From a virus: 64,000 bases of DNA. The DNA is taken from positions 24,520 to 88,519 of IMG/VR virus record IMGVR_UViG_3300009026_000007; one strand, written 5' to 3'. This document shows, in pieces, positions 1 through 9,755 of this stretch. Each line of letters begins with the position of its first letter. The stretch's first letter is position 1. The notes beneath the pieces were generated by a model, which worked only from the letters and a program-made list of their open reading frames with translations, was not told the DNA's origin and made no database searches. The position numbers were made by a program, and so were the translations under genes.

Positions 1-375
1 GTCTACAGGAGGTTTTTCAATTCCATAATCTTCGTGGAATGTCCCAAGACCGTGGGCTTTACGTTCTGGATTGAGATACCAACTCAAAGCCAATGTATCA
101 ATCAACATAAGCTTTGACAAATCTACACCAAACAGTTTTTCCATCAAAGATACGTCAAATGAGATACCGTTGTGCATAACAATTGGTGTTTCGTTGTCAA
201 TGTGCCACTGAAAGAATTTAACAATCCTCTGTGATTCATCAGAACCTCGGAAAGTAAGAATATCTTTCATATCCATTTGAAAGCCAAGAACATGTAGCTT
301 GGTAGCCTTATCAAGAAGGTTATCACTTTCCAAGTCAGCTACTGTTGCTTTCTTCCAATTGTAAATATTTTTCAA
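1..375 (-). CDS. DNA polymerase (family A), N-terminal 3'-5' exonuclease domain; runs off the window
   Basis: Open frame from TTG at 375 after an AAGGAG SD: MKNIYNWKKATVADLESDNLL...VMHNGISFDV...LIDTLALSW. These are ExoI (DxE) and ExoII (HNxxxFD) motifs; the gene follows the primase-helicase. Confidence 0.85.
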   Translation of the reverse strand, partial: MKNIYNWKKATVADLESDNLLDKATKLHVLGFQMDMKDILTFRGSDESQRIVKFFQWHIDNETPIVMHNGISFDVSLMEKLFGVDLSKLMLIDTLALSWYLNPERKAHGLGTFHEDYGIEKPPVD

Positions 376-386
376 ACCATATCTCC

Positions 387-2105
387 TTAAAGTGAATCTC
401 CTTCCCATTCATACTGAAGGAGCAAACCTGTACTTTGTTGATACTGAGTCTTAAACTTGTCTTCGCCGCCAAACATTCGATTCTTAATACAACTAATAAA
501 GCTGTTTGCCTTAAGATCGCCAAGGGCATGCTTGTTACGTTGAAAACCCATTAGCAACGGGAATGCACGCATAATACCACGACTACCTGTGAATTGTGAA
601 GCAAATACTTCACCACCATTTTCGTGGTCCCGTGTGTCCTTTCCTTTTGGTGGGTTCAAGTGACTGTATACACCAATGTGAATATCAAGCTCTGCTGCAA
701 GGTTGGCAATCTCAGACGACCATTTGTTGATGAACTCGTTAGCTTCTGCACTTGACAAGTGATCGACAAGACGTGTCATGTTGTCGATCTCAACAAAGCG
801 TACACCATACTCCATAGCATTATATCGAATAGCTTTTACAATCTCTTCAATATCAAAGCGGTTCTGTGCAGCTTGTCCATCGCTCTCCCAAAGAAATAGC
901 TTGCCTTCAAGGCTATAGGCTGTCTCTAGATATTGTTCTCGGTTTTCTTGATGAATGCTTGGTACATGATAAGGTACACCATCAATCTTACCAGCAATAT
1001 TGTACAAGGTTGAACGGTTAGGTTCCTCCAACAACACAGAAAACACTTTCTCTTTGTGTTCAATAATGTTGTGTGCAGACTTCATATGTGATAACAGAGT
1101 TTTACCTAGGCCAACACCAGCACCAGTACACGTAGCTTCACCCATTCGCTGAGTGCAGTTCATATCTGTCAGTGCTTGCCAAGGATAGGCAAAACCTGGA
1201 GTAGGTGGTGTGTCATCACGGGACAGTACAGTACTTACCCCAACAACGCCCTCTGAAGTTGGCTTAGCACTTTTCCAAATACAGAAGTCTGCAAACAAAT
1301 CCCCATCACCCTTCAACAAAGCTTCGTTAGCATCCTTAGCGTTTGTTGGGTATGTAGCAACTTTAATGTCTGGAATAATCTTCTGTACATCTTTTACAGC
1401 CTTTTTGCCAGCCTCATCGTTATCAAATACCAAAACTATTTCAGTAAAGAATTTGTCAATCTCTTTACGCATACGGCCAAGGGTAGTTACAGCACTGCCT
1501 ACACCATGTGGCAAACTTGTTACCGCAAACTTGTTATACTGGTTATTACGTTTCTTGGCATGCGCTTCTAGCATCATCTCAAGGGCTCGTGAGTCAAACT
1601 CTCCCTCTGTAATATACAATCTTGGCTTTGGTCCATTAGCAGATTTCTTTGCAATCTCCCAGTTAAAAAGATCAGCACCTTTAATATCACCATGTGACCA
1701 CATAGCTTTCTTATCAAGCATGATAGATTTATAGCCAAGAAGTTTTCCCTCAAGTGTGTAAGGGAAATTCAAGGTAAAAGGTGTTTTACCGTCATACTCA
1801 CTGTACGCAAGTTTTACACCAGCTTTAGCAAAGTAAGTTGGATCAATACCTCGGTGTACAAAAGTAGGAGATTTTAGGTTACGAATCTCTTGTACTTCTT
1901 CGTAAATTTCGTCTTCTGACTTACGTACTGGTGGCTTAGGTTTAGCTCCGTTGTAAGGGTCTAGGACATAAGCTTCCAATCCTTTTGAAGCACAACTGAA
2001 ACAGTAACCAGTGAATAGGTTCTTCCCGTCATCATAGAATACTTGCAAACCTTTATCAGATGTGCAGTGTGGTACATCATGTTTAATTCGTTCTACGCAG
2101 CTCAA
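387..2105 (-). CDS. Bifunctional DNA primase-helicase (T7 gp4-like)
   Basis: N-terminal Zn-binding Cys/His, TOPRIM motifs (ITEGEFD, FDNDEAG), Walker A GAGVGLGKT and DnaB-like C-terminal motifs. Confidence 0.93.
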   Translation of the reverse strand: MSCVERIKHDVPHCTSDKGLQVFYDDGKNLFTGYCFSCASKGLEAYVLDPYNGAKPKPPVRKSEDEIYEEVQEIRNLKSPTFVHRGIDPTYFAKAGVKLAYSEYDGKTPFTLNFPYTLEGKLLGYKSIMLDKKAMWSHGDIKGADLFNWEIAKKSANGPKPRLYITEGEFDSRALEMMLEAHAKKRNNQYNKFAVTSLPHGVGSAVTTLGRMRKEIDKFFTEIVLVFDNDEAGKKAVKDVQKIIPDIKVATYPTNAKDANEALLKGDGDLFADFCIWKSAKPTSEGVVGVSTVLSRDDTPPTPGFAYPWQALTDMNCTQRMGEATCTGAGVGLGKTLLSHMKSAHNIIEHKEKVFSVLLEEPNRSTLYNIAGKIDGVPYHVPSIHQENREQYLETAYSLEGKLFLWESDGQAAQNRFDIEEIVKAIRYNAMEYGVRFVEIDNMTRLVDHLSSAEANEFINKWSSEIANLAAELDIHIGVYSHLNPPKGKDTRDHENGGEVFASQFTGSRGIMRAFPLLMGFQRNKHALGDLKANSFISCIKNRMFGGEDKFKTQYQQSTGLLLQYEWEGDSL

Positions 2106-2140
2106 ATCATCTCTCCCATAATCTCTAATCCCACCTTAAT

Positions 2141-2395
2141 TCAAATGCTTTCAAGAATAGCTAATGCTTCCTTAACACGCTCACGTACATTCTCAAGAGT
2201 GTCTTCTGCATCTTGCCCTTCCTCAATAGCCCTGTCTAATTCCTCTTGACTATACATACCCTCCATAATCTTACTGACAAACTCAGTCAAATCCATATTC
2301 CCACAAAACAGAATACCAGAATTAGAGAAACTTAGCAACTCATCTTTGGAATAAATGTTTAGGTTAATTTGTGAGATGTCAATCATTTTCTTCAT
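2141..2395 (-). CDS. hypothetical protein
   Basis: ORF packed between neighbouring minus-strand genes. Confidence 0.65.
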   Translation of the reverse strand: MKKMIDISQINLNIYSKDELLSFSNSGILFCGNMDLTEFVSKIMEGMYSQEELDRAIEEGQDAEDTLENVRERVKEALAILESI

Positions 2396-2777
2396 ACCAA
2401 CTCATAGCCTGTTCAAACAATTTCTCTGCATCATAGAATATAGACCCAGCTTCGTCAACACTGTCAATCGAATTGTAATAACTGTCACCATCATGATTGT
2501 AATCCCAACCAAGCTGATAGTTGCATACTTCACCAGTCTTGAAAGCGATATGAGCATTAAAATAACTCACATAGCTGTGACAATCAAAGTGTGGTTGATC
2601 CCACATTGTACCATCTCGATTGAATCGTGCAAATGCTGGATGTTTAGGATAGATGTATAGGTAGACACACCACTTGTTCTCACCAACATAGCCAATGTGT
2701 TTAGTCACAGACACTAGAAAGTTCTTACCCTCTTTCTTCCACTCTTGCTTTGGTTTCCATCCTTCTAGATTTGCCAT
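2379..2777 (-). CDS. hypothetical phage protein
   Basis: ATG at 2777 after a GAGGAGAG SD; GWDYNH motif. Confidence 0.7.
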   Translation of the reverse strand: MANLEGWKPKQEWKKEGKNFLVSVTKHIGYVGENKWCVYLYIYPKHPAFARFNRDGTMWDQPHFDCHSYVSYFNAHIAFKTGEVCNYQLGWDYNHDGDSYYNSIDSVDEAGSIFYDAEKLFEQAMSWYEEND

Positions 2778-2839
2778 CACATCTCTCCTCATCAATTAAT
2801 TTCAATACGATAAAATAATACTCGTAAAATTCTGTGCAG

Positions 2840-3254
2840 TCAAGGCATTTTGATTTCAAGACCGTTGTCTGTCAGGTAGTACATTGTAGGCTCATCGTCC
2901 TCTTCATAAAGTTCATAGCCAATGAATTGTTTATCTGAATTCTTCTCAGCATATGGAGCAACCCAGTCAAAGAAAGATTCAATTTCACCCTCGTAATTTT
3001 TAAGATCACTCCGGTTCAACAGAAACCATTGCTTTGTAATATCATCATACCAGAATTTACCCACACATCGGCATATGATAGAATGAGCTGCAACGTAGCA
3101 TAAAGTACCAGCGACCTTTTGTGAATAATTCATGATCCGGTAATGTTTCAGGGGCTTCTTTCTCACCCATCATTGCAGCAATTGTGTCAATTACGCTTTG
3201 TGGAGTCTCTGGTTTAAAGCTAATTTTTACATAGATTTCTGTGTACATGCCCAT
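2840..3254 (-). pseudogene. Conserved phage hypothetical (MGMYTE...KNYxxEIxxFFDW type) split by a frameshift near 3060-3066
   Basis: Two overlapping ORFs (3057-3254 and 2840-3166) join into one protein if the frame shifts at ATGTGTGGGTAAA. Confidence 0.65.
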
Positions 3255-3288
3255 ATTGTCTCTCCCACCTATTGATTAACGTAGACCA

Positions 3289-3381
3289 AGATTACACCCC
3301 ATCCTCAGACCTGTCAAGCTTCTTATGCAAAATAATTTCTCTAAATTTCCTCTTGACTCCTGTGGATTTGTTGGATAGGAT
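3289..3381. promoter_or_regulatory. Divergent pair of sigma70-like promoters
   Basis: Minus strand: TTGACA(3317-3312)-17-TAATCT. Plus strand: TTGACT(3353)-17-TAGGAT(3376). They sit at the strand switch. Confidence 0.75.
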
Positions 3382-3416
3382 GAGGGCTGTTGGATAAATT
3401 GATGAGGAGAAAGGCC

Positions 3417-3566
3417 ATGAACATTACAACCGAGCAAGCTAAAGAAATTCTAGAGCTTTTGTCATACGTAGCTGATGAGGTTTGGGGTAAAACTCGCAAA
3501 GAGCTAGAACTACGTACAGCTAAGATTGAACATGTAATTAAAGAAGGCTTGGAGGATGAGAAATGA
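3417..3566 (+). CDS. small hypothetical protein (49 aa)
   Basis: GAGGAG SD, MNITTEQAKEILELL..., ATGA overlap with the next gene. Confidence 0.65.
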   Translation: MNITTEQAKEILELLSYVADEVWGKTRKELELRTAKIEHVIKEGLEDEK

Positions 3567-3796
3567 CACCAACATTTGATTCGGAACACTATAACGAAGA
3601 CTTGACACCAAAGAAGTGTTATGAATGTGGTTGTACGACTTTCCACAAGAAAGTGATAGACACCCTAGACGGACACGTTATGGCTTTCAAGCTTTCGTGC
3701 TTGGACTGTGGTATTTTGCTACAATATTGGGATACAGGACATTACGATCCAGAAATGGCTTGGTTGTCTAATGGTAGTAAGGAGTTTGGTAGATGA
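3563..3796 (+). CDS. zinc-ribbon-like hypothetical protein
   Basis: CxxC...CxxC; GGAGG SD. Confidence 0.65.
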   Translation: MTPTFDSEHYNEDLTPKKCYECGCTTFHKKVIDTLDGHVMAFKLSCLDCGILLQYWDTGHYDPEMAWLSNGSKEFGR

Positions 3797-3978
3797 AAAA
3801 GAAATTCAAAATCATTGACGCGGGCTCTGGCGAGAAATTCAAGCTTAAAGATGGGCAAATGCTTGTCATGAATAATCAAGGAGTGTTCTTCTTGGTTGGT
3901 AATTTTAGAGATTATGACACTTATGTGCATAGGCTGTCTGATGTGTGTCCTAAGTATGAGGTGATTTGGAATGAATAA
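3793..3978 (+). CDS. hypothetical protein
   Basis: Overlapping start/stop packing. Confidence 0.65.
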   Translation: MKKKFKIIDAGSGEKFKLKDGQMLVMNNQGVFFLVGNFRDYDTYVHRLSDVCPKYEVIWNE

Positions 3979-4255
3979 TCTTAAAGCATACACGGTGCAT
4001 CACTTAGTTGGTAAAGGTTCGTGGCAACGTGAGGACACATCTGTTATCATTGCTTCGTCCAAATATGAAGCCAGCACCTTTGTAGAGGGAACTGTACTGA
4101 ATGTTTATGATGGCAGAAGCTTACGTAAAGGCGAGTGCCTAAGTCATTCCAGTTGGAGCCTAGATGGATGGGCTAACAAGAAGACTCCACAAGTGAGTGA
4201 AGAGTGGAGACAATATTTGATTCGTAGGCATTTTGATGATGGGATTGAGGATTAA
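3971..4255 (+). CDS. hypothetical protein
   Basis: GAGGTG SD, operon packing. Confidence 0.65.
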   Translation: MNNLKAYTVHHLVGKGSWQREDTSVIIASSKYEASTFVEGTVLNVYDGRSLRKGECLSHSSWSLDGWANKKTPQVSEEWRQYLIRRHFDDGIED

Positions 4256-4273
4256 ATTGATGATGAGATTTTT

Positions 4274-4546
4274 ATGAAACTTAGTGCTTGGGTTATGCAA
4301 GATCACTGTTCTCTGCGGTATGTGTTGGGCACAGACAAGGAAGCTATTGGTAATCGAGTAGCTTTTATTGAGAAGACTCCACGTGTACGTGTTGCTGAGT
4401 TTAATGGTAATTGGGCAGAGGATCAGAATAATTGGTTACAAGGTCCAAAAGGCTGTGCTCCAGAATACGGGCAGTATCAACCTAGCAGAGATTGGTGTGA
4501 TATGCAATTGATTGAAATGGGCTACATTTTGACGGAAGAAGAATAA
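4274..4546 (+). CDS. hypothetical protein
   Basis: ORF within the operon. Confidence 0.65.
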   Translation: MKLSAWVMQDHCSLRYVLGTDKEAIGNRVAFIEKTPRVRVAEFNGNWAEDQNNWLQGPKGCAPEYGQYQPSRDWCDMQLIEMGYILTEEE

Positions 4547-4702
4547 ATGAACGTTAAAGAACTTAAAGAGTTTCTAGAAAATTTGCCAGATGATGCTGAA
4601 TGTTTGGCTTATGAAAGTCATTGCACCTATACAGGTAAAATTTACTATGAGGAATTGAGTGTTGGTTATGACAAAGAACACAAGGAGGTTAAATTTTCAT
4701 GA
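4547..4702 (+). CDS. small hypothetical protein (MNVKELKEFLENLPDD...)
   Basis: TAAATG junction and ATGA overlap; common phage N-terminus. Confidence 0.65.
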   Translation: MNVKELKEFLENLPDDAECLAYESHCTYTGKIYYEELSVGYDKEHKEVKFS

Positions 4703-5109
4703 TTGAAGCAATCGTAGAAGTATGGTGTTCACCTCTTCGCCAAGAAGATTATTCTGTAAAGATCATCCCGCTTTGTGCTGGAGATTTGTTCAACGTAGAG
4801 GATGACATTAGAGACTATATAAATTGGGATTTCTACCTGAATACTTTTGGTGTGGATTATCTTGAGGTTAAAGGATTGTGGAAGGTTGTCTTTAAGATTT
4901 CTGTAAGCTATTCAACTTACTACACCTATGATGGCCCTGATGATGACGTAGATATTGGGCAAGAAGTTTTGTTCAAAGGTCAGTGTCAAGAGTGGTCTGA
5001 AATGAAATACATTTGGCTTGAGTTGAACGGTAAGATTGATGAGTATTTCAAGAAGCCTTGGAAGAAACACTTAGGCTTATATCAAGATAATTTGTTAGTT
5101 AGTGATTGA
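4699..5109 (+). CDS. hypothetical protein
   Basis: AAGGAGGT SD. Confidence 0.7.
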   Translation: MIEAIVEVWCSPLRQEDYSVKIIPLCAGDLFNVEDDIRDYINWDFYLNTFGVDYLEVKGLWKVVFKISVSYSTYYTYDGPDDDVDIGQEVLFKGQCQEWSEMKYIWLELNGKIDEYFKKPWKKHLGLYQDNLLVSD

Positions 5110-5237
5110 CAATCTCGGAAGAGTAGTGTCCGAAAAAATTCCGAAAAGTTTTCTGCAGGCCACGATTTACAAGGGCTGTAGAGATTTGCCCTTAGGACTA
5201 GGTACTATCTAAATAACACAGAAAAAGAGAAGAAAAT

Positions 5238-6479
5238 ATGGCAACTAAAATTGAAGTTTTAGATAAGATTATGGGCAGCGGTAAGACTACAGCGATCTTA
5301 AAATGGTGTGAACAAAACCCCACTACTGCGTTCCTGTATGTGACACCTTTGTTAAGTGAAAGTGAGAAACGTGTAGTTGATGCTTGTGTAGAAGCTAAGT
5401 TCATTGCACCTAATACAGAAGAATTTGAAACTAAAGGGGAACATCTTTTAGATTTGTTACAATCTGGTGTTAACATCTCTATTACTCATGCTCTTTACTC
5501 TAGTTTAAAAGAAACACATTTACAGTGGATCACACTAAATAAATATACTATCATTCTTGATGAAGAAGTTAGTTTTATTGAACCATTTACAAGCAGCTAT
5601 AAAAAACAAGATTTTGATTATCTCCGTTCTTTGAAACAAATTGAAGTTGCAGAAGATGGTAAACTTCTATGGTTGAATGATGATATTGATAATGGTGCTA
5701 AGTACTCTAAACTTGCTAATATGTGCCGCCTAGGCATGATTTATCAAGCTAAGCGCAGTGAGAATATGTTTGTAACCCAACTGCCTATGGGATTGATTCA
5801 TTCTGCTAATCGTGTAATCTTGTTAACTTATTTGTTTAAGGGAAGCATTCTTTCTTCTTTCTTGCAACTAAAAGGAATTCATGTTGTTGATTTTAAAGAT
5901 GTGGAAGTAAAAGAGGTTTCTAAGAAGTCTTTAATTCCTTTGATTGAGTATGTAGGAGAAAAGCAAGTTAAAGACTGGGCTGGTGAATCTCTATCTTCTT
6001 CATGGTATTCTAAGAAGAACCAGAAAGATTTAACACAACTTAGTAACTCAATTAGATATATTGGAGATGCAAATAAGGCTAAAAGTACAGACTTAGTTTG
6101 GTGTGTACCATCTACACTTGTTAACCCTACAAAGAAGGGAGCTAACAAAATTAGTCCTAAAGGTTATAGTGCAGGTACTGGTGAGATTGATGAAGATGGG
6201 ATTGCTCACGGTTGTTTCCTAGCCTGTACAGCTCGTGCTACTAACGCCTATCGTGATCGTTCTGTATTGGTGCATGCTTATAACCGTTTTCCTCATGTCT
6301 CTGTTTCTTCATTCCTACAAGATTATGGTGTGGATGTTGACAACAATCAATTTGCATTGTCTGAGCTAGTCCAGTTTGTGTGGCGATCACAGATTCGTGA
6401 TGGAAAACCAATTAAGATTTGCATTTTGTCAAAAAGGATGCGATCATTGTTTCAGAACTGGTTAGCTCAAGAGGACTAA
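5238..6479 (+). CDS. SF2 helicase-like P-loop protein
   Basis: Walker A MGSGKTT, motif Ia YVTPLL, Walker B IILDEE, motif VI-like QFVWRSQIR. Confidence 0.75.
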   Translation: MATKIEVLDKIMGSGKTTAILKWCEQNPTTAFLYVTPLLSESEKRVVDACVEAKFIAPNTEEFETKGEHLLDLLQSGVNISITHALYSSLKETHLQWITLNKYTIILDEEVSFIEPFTSSYKKQDFDYLRSLKQIEVAEDGKLLWLNDDIDNGAKYSKLANMCRLGMIYQAKRSENMFVTQLPMGLIHSANRVILLTYLFKGSILSSFLQLKGIHVVDFKDVEVKEVSKKSLIPLIEYVGEKQVKDWAGESLSSSWYSKKNQKDLTQLSNSIRYIGDANKAKSTDLVWCVPSTLVNPTKKGANKISPKGYSAGTGEIDEDGIAHGCFLACTARATNAYRDRSVLVHAYNRFPHVSVSSFLQDYGVDVDNNQFALSELVQFVWRSQIRDGKPIKICILSKRMRSLFQNWLAQED

Positions 6480-6482
6480 GAA

Positions 6483-6683
6483 ATGAACACCCAACAACTA
6501 AAACAATTTGATGAATCCTATCAATGGTGGGCTGACTTTCTAGCTGCTCGGCGGGAGGCTATACATGCTATGCATCGTCTAGGTAAATCGTTTGAGGATA
6601 TTCAATCCACTTTAGGTTTTACCTATCCAGATCACGCTAAGGCTATTTGGACTGGTACACGTTCTATTTATGAGGAAAAATAA
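6483..6683 (+). CDS. hypothetical protein
   Basis: ORF packing, GAGGA SD. Confidence 0.6.
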   Translation: MNTQQLKQFDESYQWWADFLAARREAIHAMHRLGKSFEDIQSTLGFTYPDHAKAIWTGTRSIYEEK

Positions 6684-6938
6684 ATGAAAGTTTGGATAGT
6701 GACATACGAAGTGAATGCTTATGACCAAGAAGGTGAATACTTCCAGTGTGGTTTTGTAAATAAACCGACCTACGAACAAGCTTTAAACTTGCTTGATGGT
6801 CTTGGTGTGATTAATAAAAACTATTCTGGCTATGCCGGGGATTACATTGAGAAATGTGTTAATAAATTCCTAGATGGTGGTGGACGTATTAGTACAGAGC
6901 ATTGTTGGTACAATCTGAGAGAAGAGGATTTTAAATAG
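6684..6938 (+). CDS. hypothetical protein
   Basis: TAAATG junction. Confidence 0.65.
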   Translation: MKVWIVTYEVNAYDQEGEYFQCGFVNKPTYEQALNLLDGLGVINKNYSGYAGDYIEKCVNKFLDGGGRISTEHCWYNLREEDFK

Positions 6939-6986
6939 TGCACAACCTAACAACAAACCATATTATCGTCAGAAGGAGAGGTACTG

Positions 6987-7319
6987 ATGAAAGTAGAAAA
7001 ATTCACAGATGAAGTTGTAAAGATAGGGGATGCTTTTCTAGCTTTATCTACGATCCATTCTATTAGCCCCGTGTACTTGAATGGTATACGTGGATATGGA
7101 TCTGTTTGGTATTCATTTGATGTACAAAGTGCATTAGGTGGTAGTATAGGTACAAAAATAGGTGGTGAAGCGATTGAGTATTGGGAGCTGCCATCAGAGA
7201 CTTTTAGACAGATTGATCAAGAAGAGCATGAGATGTTTATTAATAAGAAGATTGAACTACTTGTTGTCAGAGATGAGTTAGTACAGTTATGGTGTGAGTA
7301 TTTGGAGAATAATAAATGA
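6987..7319 (+). CDS. hypothetical protein
   Basis: AAGGAGAGG SD. Confidence 0.65.
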   Translation: MKVEKFTDEVVKIGDAFLALSTIHSISPVYLNGIRGYGSVWYSFDVQSALGGSIGTKIGGEAIEYWELPSETFRQIDQEEHEMFINKKIELLVVRDELVQLWCEYLENNK

Positions 7320-7591
7320 AAATGAAACAAGTCTCACAAAAAGACTGTGAACACATTATGAATTTATGTGGAGCTTACAAGTATGGTAATCAATATTATC
7401 GAAATGTCAGCGACTGGAGATTAGATACTCTTGTAGGAGAATATAAACAAGGTCAGTGGGAAGTTCCAAACTACCTCTACGAAGCCTACATTAGGCCGGG
7501 TTATGCAGTAAAAAGTACCCCAGAAACCTTGCAAAGCTATTCTCTATGGGATAGACTGTGTTGGTCAATTAAACGTATTTGGGAGGTATGA
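7316..7591 (+). CDS. hypothetical protein
   Basis: Operon packing. Confidence 0.6.
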   Translation: MKMKQVSQKDCEHIMNLCGAYKYGNQYYRNVSDWRLDTLVGEYKQGQWEVPNYLYEAYIRPGYAVKSTPETLQSYSLWDRLCWSIKRIWEV

Positions 7592-7592
7592 A

Positions 7593-7838
7593 ATGCTGGT
7601 ATATAAAAACATTACCCTTGTAAAATCATCTGATGGTGATTGGGAAGGGTTGTATCTTGATAACCAACTGTACACAGAAAATCACAGCCTACGTCTAGAA
7701 GATGTGTTTGAAATTATTAATGATCACCACATCTCAGAAGCTGTGTCATTTGAGATTGATTGTGATTGGTTAGTTGAGGACCAGGGCGGACTCTTACCAA
7801 ATTTTCTTAGTGATATTCCTGAAGGTGCAAGGGTGTAA
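7593..7838 (+). CDS. hypothetical protein
   Basis: GGAGGT SD; DWEGLY motif. Confidence 0.65.
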   Translation: MLVYKNITLVKSSDGDWEGLYLDNQLYTENHSLRLEDVFEIINDHHISEAVSFEIDCDWLVEDQGGLLPNFLSDIPEGARV

Positions 7839-8020
7839 TGTCTCTATCAAAATGTGACGGCACATCCTGCCCTGTAAAACACAAATGTCAACGCTTCCTA
7901 CAAACCCCTCTTGTGAAATATCAGAGTTATTTATGCATGATTATAGCTTGTAAGGATATGGACGAAGATGGGTGTAAATTCTTTATAGAGAGTGAGGAGA
8001 AAGAGAATGAATTGGTATAA
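7838..8020 (+). CDS. small Cys-rich hypothetical protein
   Basis: CDGxxCPVKxxCxRF pattern. Confidence 0.6.
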   Translation: MSLSKCDGTSCPVKHKCQRFLQTPLVKYQSYLCMIIACKDMDEDGCKFFIESEEKENELV

Positions 8021-8219
8021 TGAGATTTGTGCTAATGGACTTACTGAGAAACCCCCTAAAGATATACCTAAACCTAAATGGGCAACACACTCATTTAAAA
8101 GAATGGGAAGGATTCTTTATGGCAACCTTTACGGTGAAAGTTTGATTTGGGTTAATGAAGAAAGAACCTTGTATTATACAAATGAAGATATAGACCAAGG
8201 GTCTTTGTTAAAATTCTAA
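8007..8219 (+). CDS. hypothetical protein
   Basis: GAGGAG SD before ATG 8007. Confidence 0.6.
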   Translation: MNWYNEICANGLTEKPPKDIPKPKWATHSFKRMGRILYGNLYGESLIWVNEERTLYYTNEDIDQGSLLKF

Positions 8220-8228
8220 GAAAATGCC

Positions 8229-8257
8229 TTGACACACCTCTAAAAACCACCTAAGCT
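8229..8257 (+). promoter_or_regulatory. sigma70-like promoter
   Basis: TTGACA-17-TAAGCT. Confidence 0.7.
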
Positions 8258-8290
8258 ATCCCTACACACAGAATATTGAGGAGAGATGTT

Positions 8291-8506
8291 ATGAAGAGTC
8301 AATTTAACCTACGTCTGAATGAGAGATGTGAATCTCACTCTTGCTCAGAAGGTGATCATGCTAACCGCTGCCCCAAAGATGGTAAGTTATATGCTGTGTG
8401 GGGAATTGGTATTGAGTACAATGATCGGCACGAGTATTATCTTTGCGAAGAGGGTGTCAGTATTGATGTAAATCATGGGTTTACAGTTCAGGAGATTACA
8501 GAATGA
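8291..8506 (+). CDS. hypothetical protein
   Basis: GAGGAGAG SD, ATG 8291. Confidence 0.6.
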   Translation: MKSQFNLRLNERCESHSCSEGDHANRCPKDGKLYAVWGIGIEYNDRHEYYLCEEGVSIDVNHGFTVQEITE

Positions 8507-8724
8507 AGCAACCAAAGAAATCAGCCACTGTATCGGTGAAAGCATCCCAACAACAAATCCTAGACGCACAGAAATGGCTACAGTTTGTAGCCCATTGCCA
8601 AATCAAGTGGGAATGTCTCTCACCAGATTGGCAAGAGTTCTATTACAATATGGGTGATACGGGCTCTTCTAGTGAACTGTTGAATGAGTCTATTAGTAAA
8701 GCTATTGAAGGAGATAAAGAATGA
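8503..8724 (+). CDS. hypothetical protein
   Basis: ATGA overlap. Confidence 0.6.
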   Translation: MKQPKKSATVSVKASQQQILDAQKWLQFVAHCQIKWECLSPDWQEFYYNMGDTGSSSELLNESISKAIEGDKE

Positions 8725-8942
8725 GTAAAATTAAGCTGTTATACTTCAAACCAAGTGGTAAGTGGGGTTATGAAGGTGAACTTGAATGGGTTGATCATAG
8801 TTCTATGTTTTCGCTAAGGGAGCATGTAAGAAATCTAACTGCTACTAATAATCTTCCAGGCTTATCTTCTGGTTCTTGGGAAGGGCCAATTTACATTGAT
8901 GCATCTGAACACCCTCTAGGGTTTCCGCAATTAATTATTTAA
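8721..8942 (+). CDS. hypothetical protein (YFKPSGKW type)
   Basis: AAGGAG SD, ATGA overlap. Confidence 0.65.
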   Translation: MSKIKLLYFKPSGKWGYEGELEWVDHSSMFSLREHVRNLTATNNLPGLSSGSWEGPIYIDASEHPLGFPQLII

Positions 8943-8954
8943 GGTCAATTAAAC

Positions 8955-9143
8955 ATGAACATCCTACAATTACGTGACACACTCCGCCAAGCAGAACAAG
9001 CTTACACTAAAGCTAAAACTAGCTTGGACGGGAGTATTGAATTAATCCAAGCAAAGTCAGCTTTGAAAGATGCAAGGTTTAATTATGCAGAGGCTTGCCA
9101 AGATCTTGTTGAGGAAATGATAATGATGGGAGAATTGAAATGA
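8955..9143 (+). CDS. small coiled-coil protein
   Basis: Helical heptad pattern. Confidence 0.6.
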   Translation: MNILQLRDTLRQAEQAYTKAKTSLDGSIELIQAKSALKDARFNYAEACQDLVEEMIMMGELK

Positions 9144-9460
9144 ATCCTAAATATTCACAAGGTGAATCTATTATTTTGCAAAGTCTCTCTTCACCAGAAA
9201 GTAATGGTGAGTATACAATTCGTCAGGTAGTAAAACAGGGTGAAATGTATAAGTGTAGACATGCTGGCTGGGATGTTATAAACGTTGAAGGATTGGGATA
9301 TATTCTTGAGGAAATTGTAACACTTTCAGAAGCTGACGACGACACACCGATTGAAGGCATGTGGGCAGAATCAGCCTTACGTAAACGTCATGAACCTTCC
9401 CAAATGTCTTTCCAATCCCTTATCCAAAGTATCAATAGTCCAGTGAAACAAGAGAGTTAG
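9140..9460 (+). CDS. hypothetical protein
   Basis: ATGA overlap. Confidence 0.65.
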   Translation: MNPKYSQGESIILQSLSSPESNGEYTIRQVVKQGEMYKCRHAGWDVINVEGLGYILEEIVTLSEADDDTPIEGMWAESALRKRHEPSQMSFQSLIQSINSPVKQES

Positions 9461-9669
9461 CCATGAAACTCCTAAAAGATATAACAACAATATTCATTAT
9501 TCTATTCACATCTATCATAGCCTTTGGAGCAATTATTGTTCTCTTCAAGGCGATCTTTGGTTCAATGGCTAATTTATTTGGGTGTATTGTCCAGCCCTTG
9601 CCAAGAATGGGTAGAGTCTGTAAAAGTACCTAAGCTTGAAAATATCTGAATAATCTTACCAGAAACCTC

Positions 9670-9698
9670 TTGACGGCTTGAGAGGTTTCGATTAAGAT
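9670..9698 (+). promoter_or_regulatory. sigma70-like promoter embedded in an inverted repeat
   Basis: TTGACG-17-TAAGAT, flanked by GAAACCTCT/AGAGGTTTC and TAATCTTA/TAAGATTA. Confidence 0.65.
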
Positions 9699-9755
9699 TA
9701 TGCTTGTATCCGAGCACACATAAGAAGTAAGACAAACAGATATTGGAGAGATAAC

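Noticed and set aside
1210-1734. 174-aa plus-strand ORF (and the similar ORFs at 23871 and 27676)
   Set aside because: These are antisense to well-supported genes and have an S/L-rich shadow composition.
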